Shown: piece after piece, positions 62,145 through 64,000 of the stretch
Layout: every line of letters starts with the position of its first letter
How positions within the stretch are numbered: the stretch's first letter is position 1
Assembly: GCA_030390025.1 (NCBI GenBank)
Contig: CM059431.1
Coordinates: 133,054,001-133,118,000 of the forward strand
Direction of reading: 5' to 3'
Origin: Squalus acanthias
Taxonomy: Eukaryota
DNA: 64,000 bases
The notes under the pieces: model-generated
What the model saw: the letters and a program-made list of their open reading frames with translations, nothing else
Told to the model about the DNA's origin: nothing
Databases searched by the model: none
Translations under genes and position numbers: made by a program

Positions 62145-64000
62145 TGTGGAGGGTGGATTCGGACATTGTTGGGGGGGGGTGAATCAGACATTGCGGGGGG
62201 GGGGGGGGGGGGGGGTGAATCAGACATTGCGGGGTGGGGGGGGGAAATCAGACATTGCGGGGGGTGAATCAGACATTGCGGGGGGGTGAATCAGACATTG
62301 CGGGGTGGGGGGGGGGAATCAGACATTGCGGGGGGGGTCAATCAGACATTGCGGGGGGTGAATCAGACATTGCGGGGGGGGGGTGAATCAGACATTGCGG
62401 GGGGGGGTGAATCAGACATTGCGGGGGGGGTGAATCAGACATTGCGGGGGGGGGGGGTGAATCAGACATTGCGGGGGGGGGGTGAATCAGACATTGCGGG
62501 GGGGGGTGAATCAGACATTGCGGGGGGGGGTGAATCAGACATTGCGGGGGGGGGTGAATCAGACATTGCGGGGGGTGAATCAGACATTGCGGGGGGGGGT
62601 GAATCAGACATTGCGGGGGGGGTGAATCAGACACTGCGGGGGGTGAATCAGACATTGCGGGGGGGGTGAATCAGACATTGCGGGGGGGGAATCAGACATT
62701 GCGGGGGGGGTGAATCAGACATTGCGGGGGGTGAATCAGACATTGCGGGGGGGGGTGAATCAGACATTGCGGGGGGGGTGAATCAGACATTGCGGGGGGT
62801 GAATCAGACATTGCGGGGGGGGTGAATCAGACATTGCGGGGGGGGTGAATCAGACATTGCGGGGGGGGTGAATCAGACATTGCGGGGGGGGTGAATCAGA
62901 CATTGCGGGGGGGGGAATCAGACATTGCGGGGGGGGTGAATCAGACATTGCGGGGGGGGGGGTGAATCAGACATTGCGGGGGGGGGGGTGAATCAGACAT
63001 TGCGGGGGGGGGTGAATCAGACATTGCGGGGGGGGTGAATCAGACATTGCGGGGGGGGGGGGTGAATCAGACATTGCGGGGGGGGGGGGTGAATCAGACA
63101 TTGCGGGGGGGGGTGAATCAGACATTGCGGGGGGGGTGAATCAGACATTGCGGGGGGGGTGAATCAGACATTGCGGGGGGGGTGAATCAGACATTGCGGG
63201 GGGGGGGAATCAGACATTGCGGGGGTGAATCAGACATTGCGGAGGGGGGTGAATCAGACATTGCGGAGGGGGGTGAATCAGACATTGCGGGGGGGGGAAT
63301 CAGACATTGCGGGGGGGGGGTGAATCAGACATTGTTGGGGGGGTGAATCAAACATTGCGGGGGGGGTGAATCAGACATTGGGGGGGGGTGAATCAGACAT
63401 GTGAGGGGGGGGGTGAATCAGACATTGCGGGGGGGGGTGAATCAGACATTGCGGGGGGGGTGAATCAGACATTGCGGGGGTGAATCAGACATTGCGGGGG
63501 GGGTGAATCAGACATTGCGGGGGGGGTGAATCAGACATTGCGGGGGGTGAATCAGACATTGTTGGGGGGGTGAATCAGACATTGCGGGGGGGGGTGAATC
63601 AGACATTGTTGGGGGGGGTGAATCAGACACTGCGGGGGGGGGGTGAATCAGACATTGCGGGGGGGGGTGAATCAGACACTGCGGGGGGGGTGAATCAGAC
63701 ACTGCGGGGGGGGTGAATCAGACATTGCGGGGGGGGTGAATCAGACATTGCGGGGGGGGGTGAATCAGACATTGTTGGGGGGGGGTGAATCAGACACTGC
63801 GGGGGGGGGTGAATCAGACATTGCGGGGGGGGGTGAATCAGACATTGCGGGGGGGTGAATCAGACATTGCGGGGGGGTGAATCAGACATTGCGGGGGGGG
63901 TGAATCAGACATTGCGGGGGGGGTGAATCAGACATTGCGGGGGGGGGTGAATCAGACATGCGGGGGGGGGGGTGAATCAGACATTGTTGGGGGGGGTGAA
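62145..64000. repeat. Minisatellite TGAATCAGACATTGC + variable G run, running off the window end
   Basis: Near-invariant 15-bp core separated by G tracts (mostly ~5-12 nt) over more than 1.8 kb. Confidence 0.97.

Noticed and set aside
62145..64000. CRISPR-like appearance of a fixed 15-bp repeat, and short ORFs within it
   Set aside because: The spacers are only G homopolymers, there are no cas genes and the context is vertebrate. It is a minisatellite.
1..64000. Prokaryotic or viral gene system, or contamination
   Set aside because: No operon-like ORF density, and every recognisable protein motif belongs to a vertebrate transposable element.

Overview
Repeat-dominated vertebrate genomic DNA, most likely from a shark or other cartilaginous fish. 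This is inferred from the Deu-domain SINEs, CR1/L2 LINE 3' ends and Penelope-like terminal repeats. I recognise no host protein-coding gene; the window reads as intronic or intergenic. It holds: (i) one full-length but decayed two-gene PIF/Harbinger transposon (20849-24934, with TIRs and ATT TSD), two deleted relatives and more than ten Harbinger-type MITEs; (ii) two long copies and one fragment of an EN+RT LINE with a tRNA/SINE-like head in place of ORF1, plus its short SINE form; (iii) Penelope-like element ends, several carrying minimal type-I hammerhead ribozyme motifs; (iv) CR1, L2 and DeuSINE copies, often nested; (v) three large tandem arrays, two apparently born inside Harbinger-type elements; (vi) two CpG-rich promoter-like patches, several repeat-free CNE-like blocks and a few weak exon candidates. 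The long ORFs in the track are tandem-repeat artefacts or transposon remnants. The best leads are the hammerhead motifs, the SINE-headed ORF1-less LINE, and a MITE family built from hairpins whose stems co-vary between copies. Coordinates were read by eye and may be a few bases off. Family names rest on recalled motifs, not database searches.
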